From a virus: DNA of 64,000 nt. The translations under genes and the position numbers were made by a program. The notes beneath the pieces were generated by a model. It searched no databases, had not been told where the DNA came from, and was given only the letters and a program-made list of their open reading frames with translations. The stretch's first letter is position 1; every line of letters begins with the position of its first letter. Where the stretch lies: the IMG/VR virus record IMGVR_UViG_3300029389_000414, one strand, 5' to 3'. Shown here in pieces: positions 39,299 to 47,892 of the stretch.

Positions 39299-40183
39299 TT
39301 ATTTCTTGCAATTCTTATTGATTTCTGCATCTACAAGCACTTTTCTGATTGCATGTTTCAACGGCAGTCCACGCAAGTACCAGCGCATGCAGGATTTTTT
39401 ATCTGTATCATTATCGATATACTTTGAGACAGTCTCTACAAATTCGTTTCGATGTTCCATTTGCTCGATATGCTTTTTTAAGTTATCATACGACCAGTGA
39501 TCCAGACCTCCGACTTGCAGATTTTTGTAGTCATTAAAATTTGGATTTTTCTTCTGCTTAAAACGCAAGATACATTTGGCGCAACGTGGTGTGACGTGGT
39601 ATTTCTCAGCATAGGATGAGACATCCAGCTCTTCTATTTTTTCTTCTGTAAAACAATCTGGGACCTGTATATTAATACCCATACTGCCCTTAATCATTTT
39701 TCCTTCTTCTTGTTGCTTTTGTTGGTTACAACCAGCTTTTAAGTCATAATATCCATTGTCATATAACAAATGTTCCGTATCCTGCATTGCCGCTGTGCAA
39801 AGCTCGTCGCATCGCTCATTATAAAAATTTCCTGAATGTCCACGGACCCACTTCGGGAACACGGGAATGGATGCCCTGAGCCATTCCAATTCCACCCAAA
39901 GATCCATATTTGAAGACTTACTATAAGCTCCGCACAGTGTATTAACGACATATTGAGAATCCGAGTACAATTGGACCGGCCCATGGTCAATATGTTTCAA
40001 CGCCAGGATCACAGCCATGATCTCCATACGGTTATTTGTTGTTGCTTTATAGCCGGCCGAATACTCTGAGATTTCTCCGGTATCGGTATTAATTAGGACT
40101 GCTGCGCATCCTCCAGGTCCTCCTGGATTATATGCACATCCGCCATCTGTATAGATGATGTAAGCTGGCTCTGTTGCATCCAT
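39299..40183 (-). CDS. rnhA: ribonuclease H (RNase HI) fused to a C-terminal domain of unknown function
   Basis: YTDGGCAYNPGGPGG...TNNRMEI...YSDSQYVV...VRGHSGNFYNERCDELC matches RNase HI active-site motifs. The C-terminal ~130 aa are paralogous to the 37400-37924 protein. Confidence 0.8.
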   Translation of the reverse strand: MDATEPAYIIYTDGGCAYNPGGPGGCAAVLINTDTGEISEYSAGYKATTNNRMEIMAVILALKHIDHGPVQLYSDSQYVVNTLCGAYSKSSNMDLWVELEWLRASIPVFPKWVRGHSGNFYNERCDELCTAAMQDTEHLLYDNGYYDLKAGCNQQKQQEEGKMIKGSMGINIQVPDCFTEEKIEELDVSSYAEKYHVTPRCAKCILRFKQKKNPNFNDYKNLQVGGLDHWSYDNLKKHIEQMEHRNEFVETVSKYIDNDTDKKSCMRWYLRGLPLKHAIRKVLVDAEINKNCKK

Positions 40184-40295
40184 CTTCGGTTCCTCCTTTT
40201 TTTCTTCTTATTAATAGTATGGAAAATAATTTGTGGATCCGATTATTTCTAGACAAAAAAAAGAAAGCCTGCATAAGACTTTCTAATTTACGCAA

Positions 40296-40379
40296 CGCTG
40301 CAGGCAGGATTCGAACCTGCATGCCCTTCCGGGCTGACGGTTTTCAGGACCGTGGCTCCACCATCTGAGCGACTGCAGC
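40296..40379 (-). tRNA. tRNA-Ser (anticodon TGA), long variable arm
   Basis: Manual cloverleaf fold: 7-bp acceptor, anticodon loop CCTGAAA, TTCGAAT T-loop. Position 33 is C. Confidence 0.6.
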
Positions 40380-40387
40380 ATATATGA

Positions 40388-40473
40388 CGAAGTGTGGAGG
40401 ATTCGAACCTCCGGATCCGTATCGGATCTCCGGATTAGCAATCCGGTGCAATCGGCCTCTCTGCCAACACTCC
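40388..40473 (-). tRNA. tRNA-Ser (anticodon GCT)
   Basis: Anticodon loop TTGCTAA, long variable arm, GGTTCGAAT T-arm. Confidence 0.7.
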
Positions 40474-40481
40474 ATATTTTA

Positions 40482-40553
40482 AGCTCCTGACAGGATTCGA
40501 ACCTGCAGATACACGATCCGTAGTCGTGTGCCTTATCCATTGGGCTACAGGAG
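40482..40553 (-). tRNA. tRNA-Arg (anticodon ACG)
   Basis: Anticodon stem CACGA/TCGTG with loop CTACGGA; TTCGAAT T-loop. Confidence 0.7.
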
Positions 40554-40558
40554 CATCG

Positions 40559-40631
40559 TACCGTATGCGGGACTCGAACCCGCGATTTCGCCGTGAAAAA
40601 GCGATGACTTATCCAACTTGTCGAATACGGC
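40559..40631 (-). tRNA. tRNA-Glu (anticodon TTC)
   Basis: Anticodon loop TTTTCAC; GGTTCGAGT T-arm; 7-bp acceptor with a G-U pair. Confidence 0.65.
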
Positions 40632-40635
40632 ATAG

Positions 40636-40723
40636 TCGGCAGGGAGAGATTCGGACTCTCAATGTTTACCACATGGGTCACGGTTTTACAGACCGTTTGC
40701 TTCAGCCGTTTGCATACCTACCG
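40636..40723 (-). tRNA. tRNA-Tyr (anticodon GTA), long variable arm
   Basis: Anticodon loop CTGTAAA; variable arm of ~20 nt; C1-G72 acceptor. Confidence 0.5.
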
Positions 40724-40729
40724 AGAAAG

Positions 40730-40802
40730 TGGAACGGGCAGAAATCGAATCTGCGACGCTTGGATCTTCGGCCCAACGCTCTACCAACTGAGCTACCGTT
40801 CC
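40730..40802 (-). tRNA. tRNA-Phe (anticodon GAA)
   Basis: 73 nt; D-arm TAGCTCAGTTGGTAGAGC; loop CCGAAGA with C33. Confidence 0.6.
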
Positions 40803-40818
40803 ATGTAAAATTATGAAG

Positions 40819-41040
40819 TTATATTTCTTGCCTAATGATTAGATCATCGATCTTCACGTTCCAGATATGGGAAAGAATAAGGAGGTTATCGAGGGATGGT
40901 ATAGCCTGTCCGTTCTGCCATTTACATACGGCAGCAGCGGATATTCCACATGCCTCTTGAATCTGCTTTATTGTCATTCCAGATCTTTTTCTCATCTCTT
41001 TCAGTTTCTTTCCTGTTGCATTCATATCAATTGTGATCAT
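40819..41040 (-). CDS. XRE-family HTH transcriptional regulator (73 aa) embedded in the tRNA cluster
   Basis: aggagg RBS; LKEMRKRSGMTIKQIQEACGISAAAVCKWQNGQAIPSL is a Cro/C1-type HTH. Confidence 0.7.
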   Translation of the reverse strand: MITIDMNATGKKLKEMRKRSGMTIKQIQEACGISAAAVCKWQNGQAIPSLDNLLILSHIWNVKIDDLIIRQEI

Positions 41041-41060
41041 TTGTAAAATTCCTCCTATAA

Positions 41061-41144
41061 TATGTCCGGCGGGAGTCGAACCCGCACTTCCTGGGTGAAA
41101 CCGGGGCTTAAACCCGGTGCGTCTTCCAATTTCGCCACGGACAC
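41061..41144 (-). tRNA. tRNA-Leu (anticodon TAA), long variable arm
   Basis: Anticodon stem CCGGG/CCCGG with loop TTTAAGC; GGTTCGACT T-arm. Confidence 0.65.
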
Positions 41145-41426
41145 ATAAAAAATACCGCCTGTCATGCCAGAAACATAACAGACGGTGGATAGGATTCCTT
41201 TTACCAATAGAATACATCAATGCTGACCTGTGTTATTTTCCCCATGACGAATAAGACCAAATTCTTTTTCAAAACTTGATAAACTTTCATAGCGATATTC
41301 ATTTGAGAAAAACAAATTCATCTGTCTCATGATGATTCTCCTTTCATAAAAATTTTTTCCTTCTTTGTAACTACAGTATATCACGCATTGTTATGTGTGA
41401 CAATTCAACCTGTAGTTTAATTTGAC

Positions 41427-41857
41427 CTTTTAGGGTACTACAAATTTACATGGTTCTCAAACCAGCAAAAGAGAATAAAGATGCTTCTGAACTTTTGTGT
41501 CACTACAAATTTACATGGTTCTCAAACTCGTCATACACTGTTTCTCCGATATCTTCCCTTTTGGGGTACTACAAATTTACATGGTTCTCAAACTTCCTAC
41601 TTTTCCGGGGTGTTTTGACTCTCTCTTTTGGGGTACTACAAATTTACATGGTTCTCAAACTCCTTCATCGGCTCCGTAGCCTCCACCGGACTTTTGGGGT
41701 ACTACAAATTTACATGGCTCTCAAACCTTCAACTGCACGAACCAACTGATTTTTCGCTTTTGGGGTACTACAAATTTACATGGTTCTCAAACCTCTTGAC
41801 TTGCTGGAAAGTCCCATAAATCTTTTGGGGTATTACAAATTTACATGGTTCTCAAGT
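41427..41857 (-). CRISPR. orphan CRISPR array: 7 repeats of 36 nt, 6 spacers of 29-31 nt, type II-like repeat
   Basis: Top-strand repeat CTTTTGGGGTACTACAAATTTACATGGTTCTCAAAC; its reverse complement reads GTTTGAGAACCATGTAAATTTGTAGTACCCCAAAAG. Repeats start at 41427, 41492, 41558, 41625, 41691, 41757 and 41822. Six spacers are unique. Repeats 1, 2 and 7 carry point variants. Confidence 0.8.
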
Positions 41858-43013
41858 TATCTAAATCATATAACTGATCAGTCTCTTCCTGAATCGTCGT
41901 GTGGTAGTATACGACTCCGAACTTCTGAATCTTTAATTCTCTCGCGCATTGGTACAGGTATTTGACCTGAGATTTTTCCATCCGGTCAATCATATCATGC
42001 TCTGCCCGTTCCATGATGCAGGAATTCCTGTCCTCTTCCGGTACATACTCATCCGGTTCATAGTAAAGATATTCTCTTCCGCTTTCCATGGACATGATAT
42101 CCGAAATGACAGCGCCAAATCCGCAATTACAGCCATTGCAATCCCAAAAATCGGAGAATACCTTTTCTGCGCTTTCCCCTTCCAAAATACGGTTGTAAAG
42201 TTCTATATTTTCCTTTGTGCAGCAAAATGTATCTGCATGTTTATTGAGAAAATCTGTGAATCCTTCCGGAAGTCCGTCCAAATATAGACCATAACCTGCA
42301 TGAGCATATGGGAATCTTCGATCTGTTTTGGAACCAAAGATTGCACGGAGCAGACGTACTTCCTGCTCATAGCTTTTCTTTTCTTTTACTATGGTATTTT
42401 GAATATATGGCCCTGATTCGTGTAATTTGTTCAGAATATCAGAACCGACCAGGATCATTTTTCCTTTTGCTGTACAAATATAGTAAATATTAAAGGTCGT
42501 ACAGCAGATGCTTCGATCATATTCCCAGGTAATCTCCATGACTTTGGATTCCTCGGCGCCCTCCGGCCATACCTGTATAAAGCCCTGCTCCATATCAGAT
42601 TTCCCATAATCCGTAAAATTAATTGAAACTGCCCCTCTTCCAGGAATTAGAAATTTTAAGATCTTATTCTTTAAGTCCTTCAGGTCTTCATAAATGTCCA
42701 GTCCTTCTGCTTTAAACTGAAAGAAATCGTCAATGTCACTTTCAAACTTCCGAATAACATCTTCAATATCCGGCATTTGATATCCACAGGCAACCATTAA
42801 TTCTGAAAGCGTTACGTTGGACATTTTTGCTGCGATGGTCTCTAATGTTTTCATCCTTGGACAAGATATTCCGGTATCGTTGAGCATCCGACTGATCGTT
42901 TCCTGGGCGATCCCGGTCTGTGCGGCGAATTCTTTCTGAGTCCTGGACCCAATTCCTTTGCGGAGCAATTCTTTAAATTCCTTTTCCTGGAATCCCGTAT
43001 TTTTGTTTTCCAT
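41841..43013 (-). CDS. HTH (XRE-like) domain protein with large C-terminal Cys-containing domain of unknown function
   Basis: aggagg RBS. N-terminal GSRTQKEFAAQTGIAQETISRMLN. Its start codon lies 14 nt after the stop of the beta-prime-like gene, so the two form an operon. Its 3' end overlaps the last CRISPR repeat. Confidence 0.6.
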   Translation of the reverse strand: MENKNTGFQEKEFKELLRKGIGSRTQKEFAAQTGIAQETISRMLNDTGISCPRMKTLETIAAKMSNVTLSELMVACGYQMPDIEDVIRKFESDIDDFFQFKAEGLDIYEDLKDLKNKILKFLIPGRGAVSINFTDYGKSDMEQGFIQVWPEGAEESKVMEITWEYDRSICCTTFNIYYICTAKGKMILVGSDILNKLHESGPYIQNTIVKEKKSYEQEVRLLRAIFGSKTDRRFPYAHAGYGLYLDGLPEGFTDFLNKHADTFCCTKENIELYNRILEGESAEKVFSDFWDCNGCNCGFGAVISDIMSMESGREYLYYEPDEYVPEEDRNSCIMERAEHDMIDRMEKSQVKYLYQCARELKIQKFGVVYYHTTIQEETDQLYDLDNLRTM

Positions 43014-43026
43014 GATCGTCCTCCTG

Positions 43027-44265
43027 TTAGACAGCTTCGAACCGGAGCTGTTTTTTTATATATACGTCAATTGTTTTTGCAATACCTTTTTCCAACTCCT
43101 TTACACATTCCGTGTAATATGCCAGGTTCTCCTCATCTTCTGGATGATAGCCGGCCAGTCCATCCCGGATTCCCTGGGTCAGGATTGCACTTGCTGCATA
43201 CGGAAGCGCATGAACAGCATACTGGAAGATTAGCTCCATAAACTCTTCATACATCTTATGATTTTCGTTTACATATGCCTCCACGAACGGGCGCATAAGA
43301 GATTTCAGATCTGCTTCCATTGCTTCCAGTTTTTTTGCTTCCGGGCTGTCTGCAAAATATGTTTCATCCGAAAGGGAAAGATCATATTGACGGATCTCTT
43401 CTGCCTTTTTCAGAAAAAGATTGACATCTGTGACAGATTCCGGGATCAGCATTTTCTTCTTCGAATCTTCTGTTATTGCTTCATACAATTCTTCCAGTGA
43501 ATCGTTTGGCAGGCAGGTGTACAGATCTGCACCGATAGAACCATGTGCCCCGTTACTGATCAGGCGGTCTGCATATCCCTGCAGTTCCCGTCTTTCATTT
43601 ATTAAGATCACTTCCGGACACTGGATACTTAACAGCCTCTGGTATCTCTTGATCCTTAACAGCAGTGATTCATACAGATTGTTCAGAGAACTACCTTGAT
43701 ACCTTTTTTCCGGTTCGTACCAGAAATACCGCATGCATGCCGGCATTACAGGGACAATGTTCAGAACTGCTGATTTTCTGATCTCTTCCGGAACCTGCTT
43801 CATCTCCATGATTTTTTTGACTGCTTCTGCTCCCGTCAGATAGCCGGCCTTGGAATATTTCGGGTCATCCAGGTATTCTTTTGCAGGAATGGTCTTGGAA
43901 TTGTCTGCATCCGATGAGATATATGTTCTTCCGTAAATGAGAGATTCCAATTCTTTTAATGTCATTCCAAGTTCTTTTGCCAGCACCGGTTTTTTCCCAC
44001 GGGTATACTGGATATTGACGATTGGGATCGGCAGAACAATATGTCCCATCTTCTCAATCTCGTCTGTACTGACCTTTCCCAGATTTTCCTTAGAAAGCTC
44101 CCCGAAAATTTCCGGATCTGAGATTTTTCCAGTCCTGGACTCACTTTCGATATATTCTGTTGGATTAACAACTTCCCCGTTTGACGATTTCAGGATCATT
44201 TCGTCAGAGATATCTGTCATTCCGGCCAGCTGCACTGCTTTTGTATTATACCAGGATCTTATCAT
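43027..44265 (-). CDS. truncated RNA polymerase beta-prime paralog (clamp N-terminal region incl. clamp helices, no Zn-finger, no catalytic DPBB)
   Basis: Aligns to residues ~20-340 of bacterial RpoC. DEMILKSSNGEVVNPTEYIE...ISDPEIFGE matches [20 protein letters not shown]...RDGLFCARIFGP. IEKMGHIVLP matches RERMGHIEL. VLNIVPVMP...GSSLNNLYESLLLRIKRYQRLL...PEVILINERRELQGYADRLISNG matches ILTVLPVLPP...[23 protein letters not shown]...[23 protein letters not shown]. The CxxC zinc-binding cysteines and the NADFDGD region are absent. Start at the second ATG, after GGAGGG. Confidence 0.7.
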   Translation of the reverse strand: MIRSWYNTKAVQLAGMTDISDEMILKSSNGEVVNPTEYIESESRTGKISDPEIFGELSKENLGKVSTDEIEKMGHIVLPIPIVNIQYTRGKKPVLAKELGMTLKELESLIYGRTYISSDADNSKTIPAKEYLDDPKYSKAGYLTGAEAVKKIMEMKQVPEEIRKSAVLNIVPVMPACMRYFWYEPEKRYQGSSLNNLYESLLLRIKRYQRLLSIQCPEVILINERRELQGYADRLISNGAHGSIGADLYTCLPNDSLEELYEAITEDSKKKMLIPESVTDVNLFLKKAEEIRQYDLSLSDETYFADSPEAKKLEAMEADLKSLMRPFVEAYVNENHKMYEEFMELIFQYAVHALPYAASAILTQGIRDGLAGYHPEDEENLAYYTECVKELEKGIAKTIDVYIKKQLRFEAV

Positions 44266-44539
44266 ATGTTTCCCCTCCATGTTATTGATGTGAAATTGAT
44301 ATTTGATTTATATGTTGATATTAGTATATTACAAACCGGAATGAAAAGTCAAGAAAGATTTTGATTTTTAATTGATATTTGATTTGTTTATTGATTTATA
44401 CAAGAAAAATCCCAGGTATCTGCCCGGGACTTTTCCTTGAGGAGTACTTTTCCGAAGTTTTTCCGTTACAATACCTGTTGCACAAGAAAATTCCTGAAAA
44501 AGTAAAAGTAAGAGAAACAACTGTACAGCAAAAATATCT

Positions 44540-44615
44540 GTACATATATAGTATGGTAAAATACGCAAAAAAAAGAAAGCCCCATAAAAGAGACTTCCTT
44601 TTGCATCCTGTAATG
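44540..44615 (-). repeat. partial intergenic cassette (terminator half) downstream of the Rpn gene
   Basis: aaaatacgcaaaaaaaagaaagccccataaaagagacttcc...tcctgtaatgtta. Confidence 0.55.
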
Positions 44616-45548
44616 TTACTTACTTATACAGAGCTGTTCCTCTGCTTTTCGGATTTCTTCTTCCGTTGCACCGGAATACTTCATGATATCTTCTACAGGC
44701 ATGTGTTTGGAAAGCATGTTTTTGATCAAGTCCATTCGACCTTTTTCAATACCTTTCTCAATGCCTTGCTCTTCAATTCCGTAAGATAGATTACACATGG
44801 TATCCAGCTCCTTTCTGATATGAGTTCCTGCAGGCATATCTTCCCGTTCACTTAACAATCGAACTTTGTCTCTTGGAGACAAGTCGTTAGAGAAGATCGT
44901 GCCGAGCATGTAGTGTAAATTGCTGTCTGTTGTTTTGAGAGCTTCTTCGCTCAAATTCTTATCCAAACCTACCAGAAAAATGTTCATAAGCTCCAAATCG
45001 CCCAGCCATTCATGAGTTCCAAACAGAGACGTATTTGTCAGATGCAGATAATTCATACAATTTTCTTCCAAATTAAAACAGATCCAAATAGAATACGTCC
45101 GGAGCATATCTCCATAATTAGAATGGTCGAAATTCCGGTTCTTCTGAGATGATATTAATCTGGCAATGTAAAATATTGTCCGGTTCACCAATGGATATGG
45201 TGGTTTTTCGATTCCCTGCGCCTCCAGATTAATGATAATACGACTAACACCATCTTTCATACGGACGTAAAAAATTATATCGAAAATAATCGTTCCTTCT
45301 TCCAGTTCTGTACTTTCTGTATTATTTCCAGTAATTTTACCATGAAACGTCTGATTTGTCTCGCCAGGTTCTGTGCTGACTTTTGAGACAAGTGGTTCGC
45401 CTTCAATCAGTTCCATGATATCTTCCGCTTCCATATCTTCAAATTCCTTAATCGTAAATTTCAAGATACGTGACAAAATCTCTTTTTGAGAAAGAATAAA
45501 TTTAGCGTAATCATCATACTGGACATTTTTCGTTTTCTTTTGGCTCAA
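44616..45548 (-). CDS. Rpn/YhgA-like PD-(D/E)XK recombination-promoting nuclease (putative transposase family)
   Basis: N-terminal nuclease core (IFDIIFYVRMKDG...IINLEAQ) and a C-terminal helical GIEKGIEKGRMDLIKNML repeat typical of Rpn proteins. Confidence 0.65.
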   Translation of the reverse strand: MSQKKTKNVQYDDYAKFILSQKEILSRILKFTIKEFEDMEAEDIMELIEGEPLVSKVSTEPGETNQTFHGKITGNNTESTELEEGTIIFDIIFYVRMKDGVSRIIINLEAQGIEKPPYPLVNRTIFYIARLISSQKNRNFDHSNYGDMLRTYSIWICFNLEENCMNYLHLTNTSLFGTHEWLGDLELMNIFLVGLDKNLSEEALKTTDSNLHYMLGTIFSNDLSPRDKVRLLSEREDMPAGTHIRKELDTMCNLSYGIEEQGIEKGIEKGRMDLIKNMLSKHMPVEDIMKYSGATEEEIRKAEEQLCISK

Positions 45549-45760
45549 AATGTTCTCTCCTTTACAATAATATTGTAGTCAGTTTTGTCATTTTCGTCAA
45601 TTACTTCTTCATTTGGTTATCCTCCTAAAATAGTTTGAACACTACAGATTTAATTTCCCTCCTCTCTTCTGTATATTATGTTCTAACTATAGAATGATTT
45701 TTTCAGAGGAAAACAAAAAAAAGAAAGCCCCAGGTACTCCCAAGACTTCCCTTTTCTCGA
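45549..45760 (-). repeat. intergenic cassette remnant (a full module whose downstream ORF is reduced to 3 codons)
   Basis: gttatcctcctaaaatagtttgaacactacagattt...ctgtatattatgttctaactatagaatg...aaaaaagaaagcccc. The ggaggataaccaaATGAAGAAGTAA stub looks like a deleted cassette gene. Confidence 0.6.
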
Positions 45761-45823
45761 ATCTTTTAACACACTGTGAGCAAGGAATCCCCCACTTCTA
45801 CAAGTGGTGGGATGAATTGCGTA

Positions 45824-47098
45824 TTATGCAGTGGTTTTTGTAATATACTGCCAATTATTATTGTGGCAAACATGTTGCAGATTCGAAATACCTACTTGTT
45901 TGTAAGATTTATTTGGCAAAGTAATGTATTGGTTATCAGAATCTTTGACATAAGCAGCGCCACCTGTAAAACCGGATATATAACCGGTCTTACCAAGTAC
46001 GCGGACCTTATCATTCAGATGATATCCACGATAGTATGGCGTGTTCTTTGAATTACGCTTTTGTGTGCGATTCGGTTCTTTTCTTCCCTTGCGTGGAGTT
46101 CCTTCGTGCAGAGAACGTTTCTTTTTACGGAACTGCCGTATAAACAGCCATTCATCCGGATTTTCCGAAATCGTTTGGACTCCACTGATAATAATGGCAT
46201 CATTATAATGTGTTTTATCCAACCCCTTTTCTTTTCGTTTCGGCGTTGTCTCAGAACCATATGTAATGGCAGCATCTGGATATTTTGCAAATATCCTCCT
46301 GCGTAAAGTATTCATAAATGGCGGTTCTTTATACTGCCTGACTTTTTTATGCTGTTCCTGCCACTTGTAGAGCATGCCGCCCTTTTTGTGATTTTTTGAT
46401 GTGTGGCAATCCGTACAGACTGTAATTAGATTGTCAGCTCTGTCTGTGCCGCCGTTACTGCGATAAATGATATGATGTGTCTGTAAAATTTTTCCCTTTG
46501 ATTTGCCACAGCATTGACAGGTATAATTATCTCTTGCAAAAACATAATATCTTTCATCAAAAAAGCCATACGTCTGTCCATGTTGATAATCAACACCATG
46601 AATCTCTGGATCGATCATTTTTGCCGTATCAAATTTCCCGACCTCTATATGAAGTGTCGGGCTTGGCACTAAGCCGCGTAATGTATCAATCCAATGAAAA
46701 GTATGGTCTAATCTGTTTTGTAAGCTGGGCGGCAGCCACTTATCCGCTTTCCTGCGATTAAGAAATCTGGGCTGTCTATATCTTGTCTTCCGATTACGCC
46801 TGCTTCTGCGATAGATACGCCTTGTATCGAGATTCGATTTCACATCCTGGCGGAGTTCTATTTCACCTTTGAATAAAACTTTACCTTCAGAAGTGATAGC
46901 CACTCCTACATGTTTTGCCCCTGTATCTATACCTACATGACAATCTTGTGTGTTTTCTCCTGTTGCATGGGTTAACTGGATTGTAAACGGATTGTATTTA
47001 TAGATGACCGCCTTACCTTCTTTGAGAAGTATTCTGGCTTTTCTTTGTGTGCATGGCATTAATGGAACACCACGCATGTTGAATACAAATACTCTCAT
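45824..47098 (-). CDS. iscB: IscB RNA-guided nuclease, second paralog
   Basis: MRVFVFNMRGVPLMPCTQRKARILLKEGKAVI (PLMP), GIDTGAKHVGVAI (RuvC-I), CQCCGKS...THHIIYRSNGGTD...CTDCH (HNH). I estimate ~35-40% identity to copy 1, by eye. Confidence 0.85.
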   Translation of the reverse strand: MRVFVFNMRGVPLMPCTQRKARILLKEGKAVIYKYNPFTIQLTHATGENTQDCHVGIDTGAKHVGVAITSEGKVLFKGEIELRQDVKSNLDTRRIYRRSRRNRKTRYRQPRFLNRRKADKWLPPSLQNRLDHTFHWIDTLRGLVPSPTLHIEVGKFDTAKMIDPEIHGVDYQHGQTYGFFDERYYVFARDNYTCQCCGKSKGKILQTHHIIYRSNGGTDRADNLITVCTDCHTSKNHKKGGMLYKWQEQHKKVRQYKEPPFMNTLRRRIFAKYPDAAITYGSETTPKRKEKGLDKTHYNDAIIISGVQTISENPDEWLFIRQFRKKKRSLHEGTPRKGRKEPNRTQKRNSKNTPYYRGYHLNDKVRVLGKTGYISGFTGGAAYVKDSDNQYITLPNKSYKQVGISNLQHVCHNNNWQYITKTTA

Positions 47099-47350
47099 AA
47101 TTTTACCTTTGATAACGACTCGCAAGTGTTATCCCTTTCTTTTGAAAGTTTGTTACCCTTCGCCAATGTTGTATCTGCTTGTCATGACCGACCTCACCAG
47201 GTTGACCGCTCCTACCTCACAGAGCTATTACAGAGCCTGCACAGAGCTATGGACTAGGATATCATCCATAGGTGTGATAACAGAAACAACGTAGTGCCCG
47301 CAGCACTTAGGCTAGTCAACTTGAGCTTTTGCAAGCTCCGACCTCTAAGG
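47099..47350 (-). ncRNA. putative omega-RNA of IscB copy 2
   Basis: GC-rich structured sequence directly upstream of iscB, with several stems (e.g. gccataggtcggggtagttgacgcc). Confidence 0.55.
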
Positions 47351-47352
47351 CA

Positions 47353-47892
47353 TCAGCCATAGGTCGGGGTAGTTGACGCCAGAATATCCAGAAACAGATC
47401 CAGGATAGCTGCATCGAACATTGTGTCTGACTGCTCTCTCATATATGCCACAGCCTTTGCTTTGCTCCACCCGTTTCGATATGGACGGTCAGAGATCAGG
47501 GCATCATAAACATCACAGATATGGATGATGCGGGAGCCTAGCGGAATATTGTCCCCGTCCAGCCCGTAATAACCGCTTCCGTCCATATTCTCATGGTGAT
47601 ACAGGATCATATTACAGACTTCCGGAACAAAAAGGTTCTTCATCATATCTGATCCATATACAGCATGTTTCTTTATCTCTGTGTATTCAGAATCAGTCAG
47701 CCGTCCTGGTTTGTCCAGGATTGAGAGCGGGATTTTGATCTTTCCGATATCATGATAAGTGGCAGCTAAGGAGATCTGGCAGATTGTTGTCGTATCCAAA
47801 TCTAAAAGATTAGCAAGCTCTGCTGAAAGATCACCCACCCTATTACTGTGTTTCATCGTATTCTCGTCGAGTTGTGTAAAAAGATTCATCAT
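47353..47892 (-). CDS. HD-GYP-type HD domain protein (stand-alone, variant GYY motif)
   Basis: ggagg RBS; HDIGKIKIP and HHENMDGSGYYG motifs. Confidence 0.7.
   Translation of the reverse strand: MMNLFTQLDENTMKHSNRVGDLSAELANLLDLDTTTICQISLAATYHDIGKIKIPLSILDKPGRLTDSEYTEIKKHAVYGSDMMKNLFVPEVCNMILYHHENMDGSGYYGLDGDNIPLGSRIIHICDVYDALISDRPYRNGWSKAKAVAYMREQSDTMFDAAILDLFLDILASTTPTYG

Larger units (their letters stand above)
45761..47350 (-). mobile_element. IscB (OMEGA) element, copy 2 (divergent from copy 1)
   Basis: iscB plus upstream omega-RNA region; hairpin cccccacttctacaagtggtggg at the 3' flank. Confidence 0.7.

Noticed and set aside
40819-41220. 133-aa ORF spanning tRNA-Leu
   Set aside because: The upstream two-thirds overlaps the tRNA gene and lacks an RBS. 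Only the C-terminal 73-aa XRE HTH portion, which has a strong aggagg RBS, was kept.
41427-44280. A complete type II CRISPR-Cas locus
   Set aside because: The repeat looks type II, but no Cas9, Cas1, Cas2 or Csn2 motifs were found in any flanking ORF. The adjacent genes are an HTH protein and an RpoC-clamp paralog.
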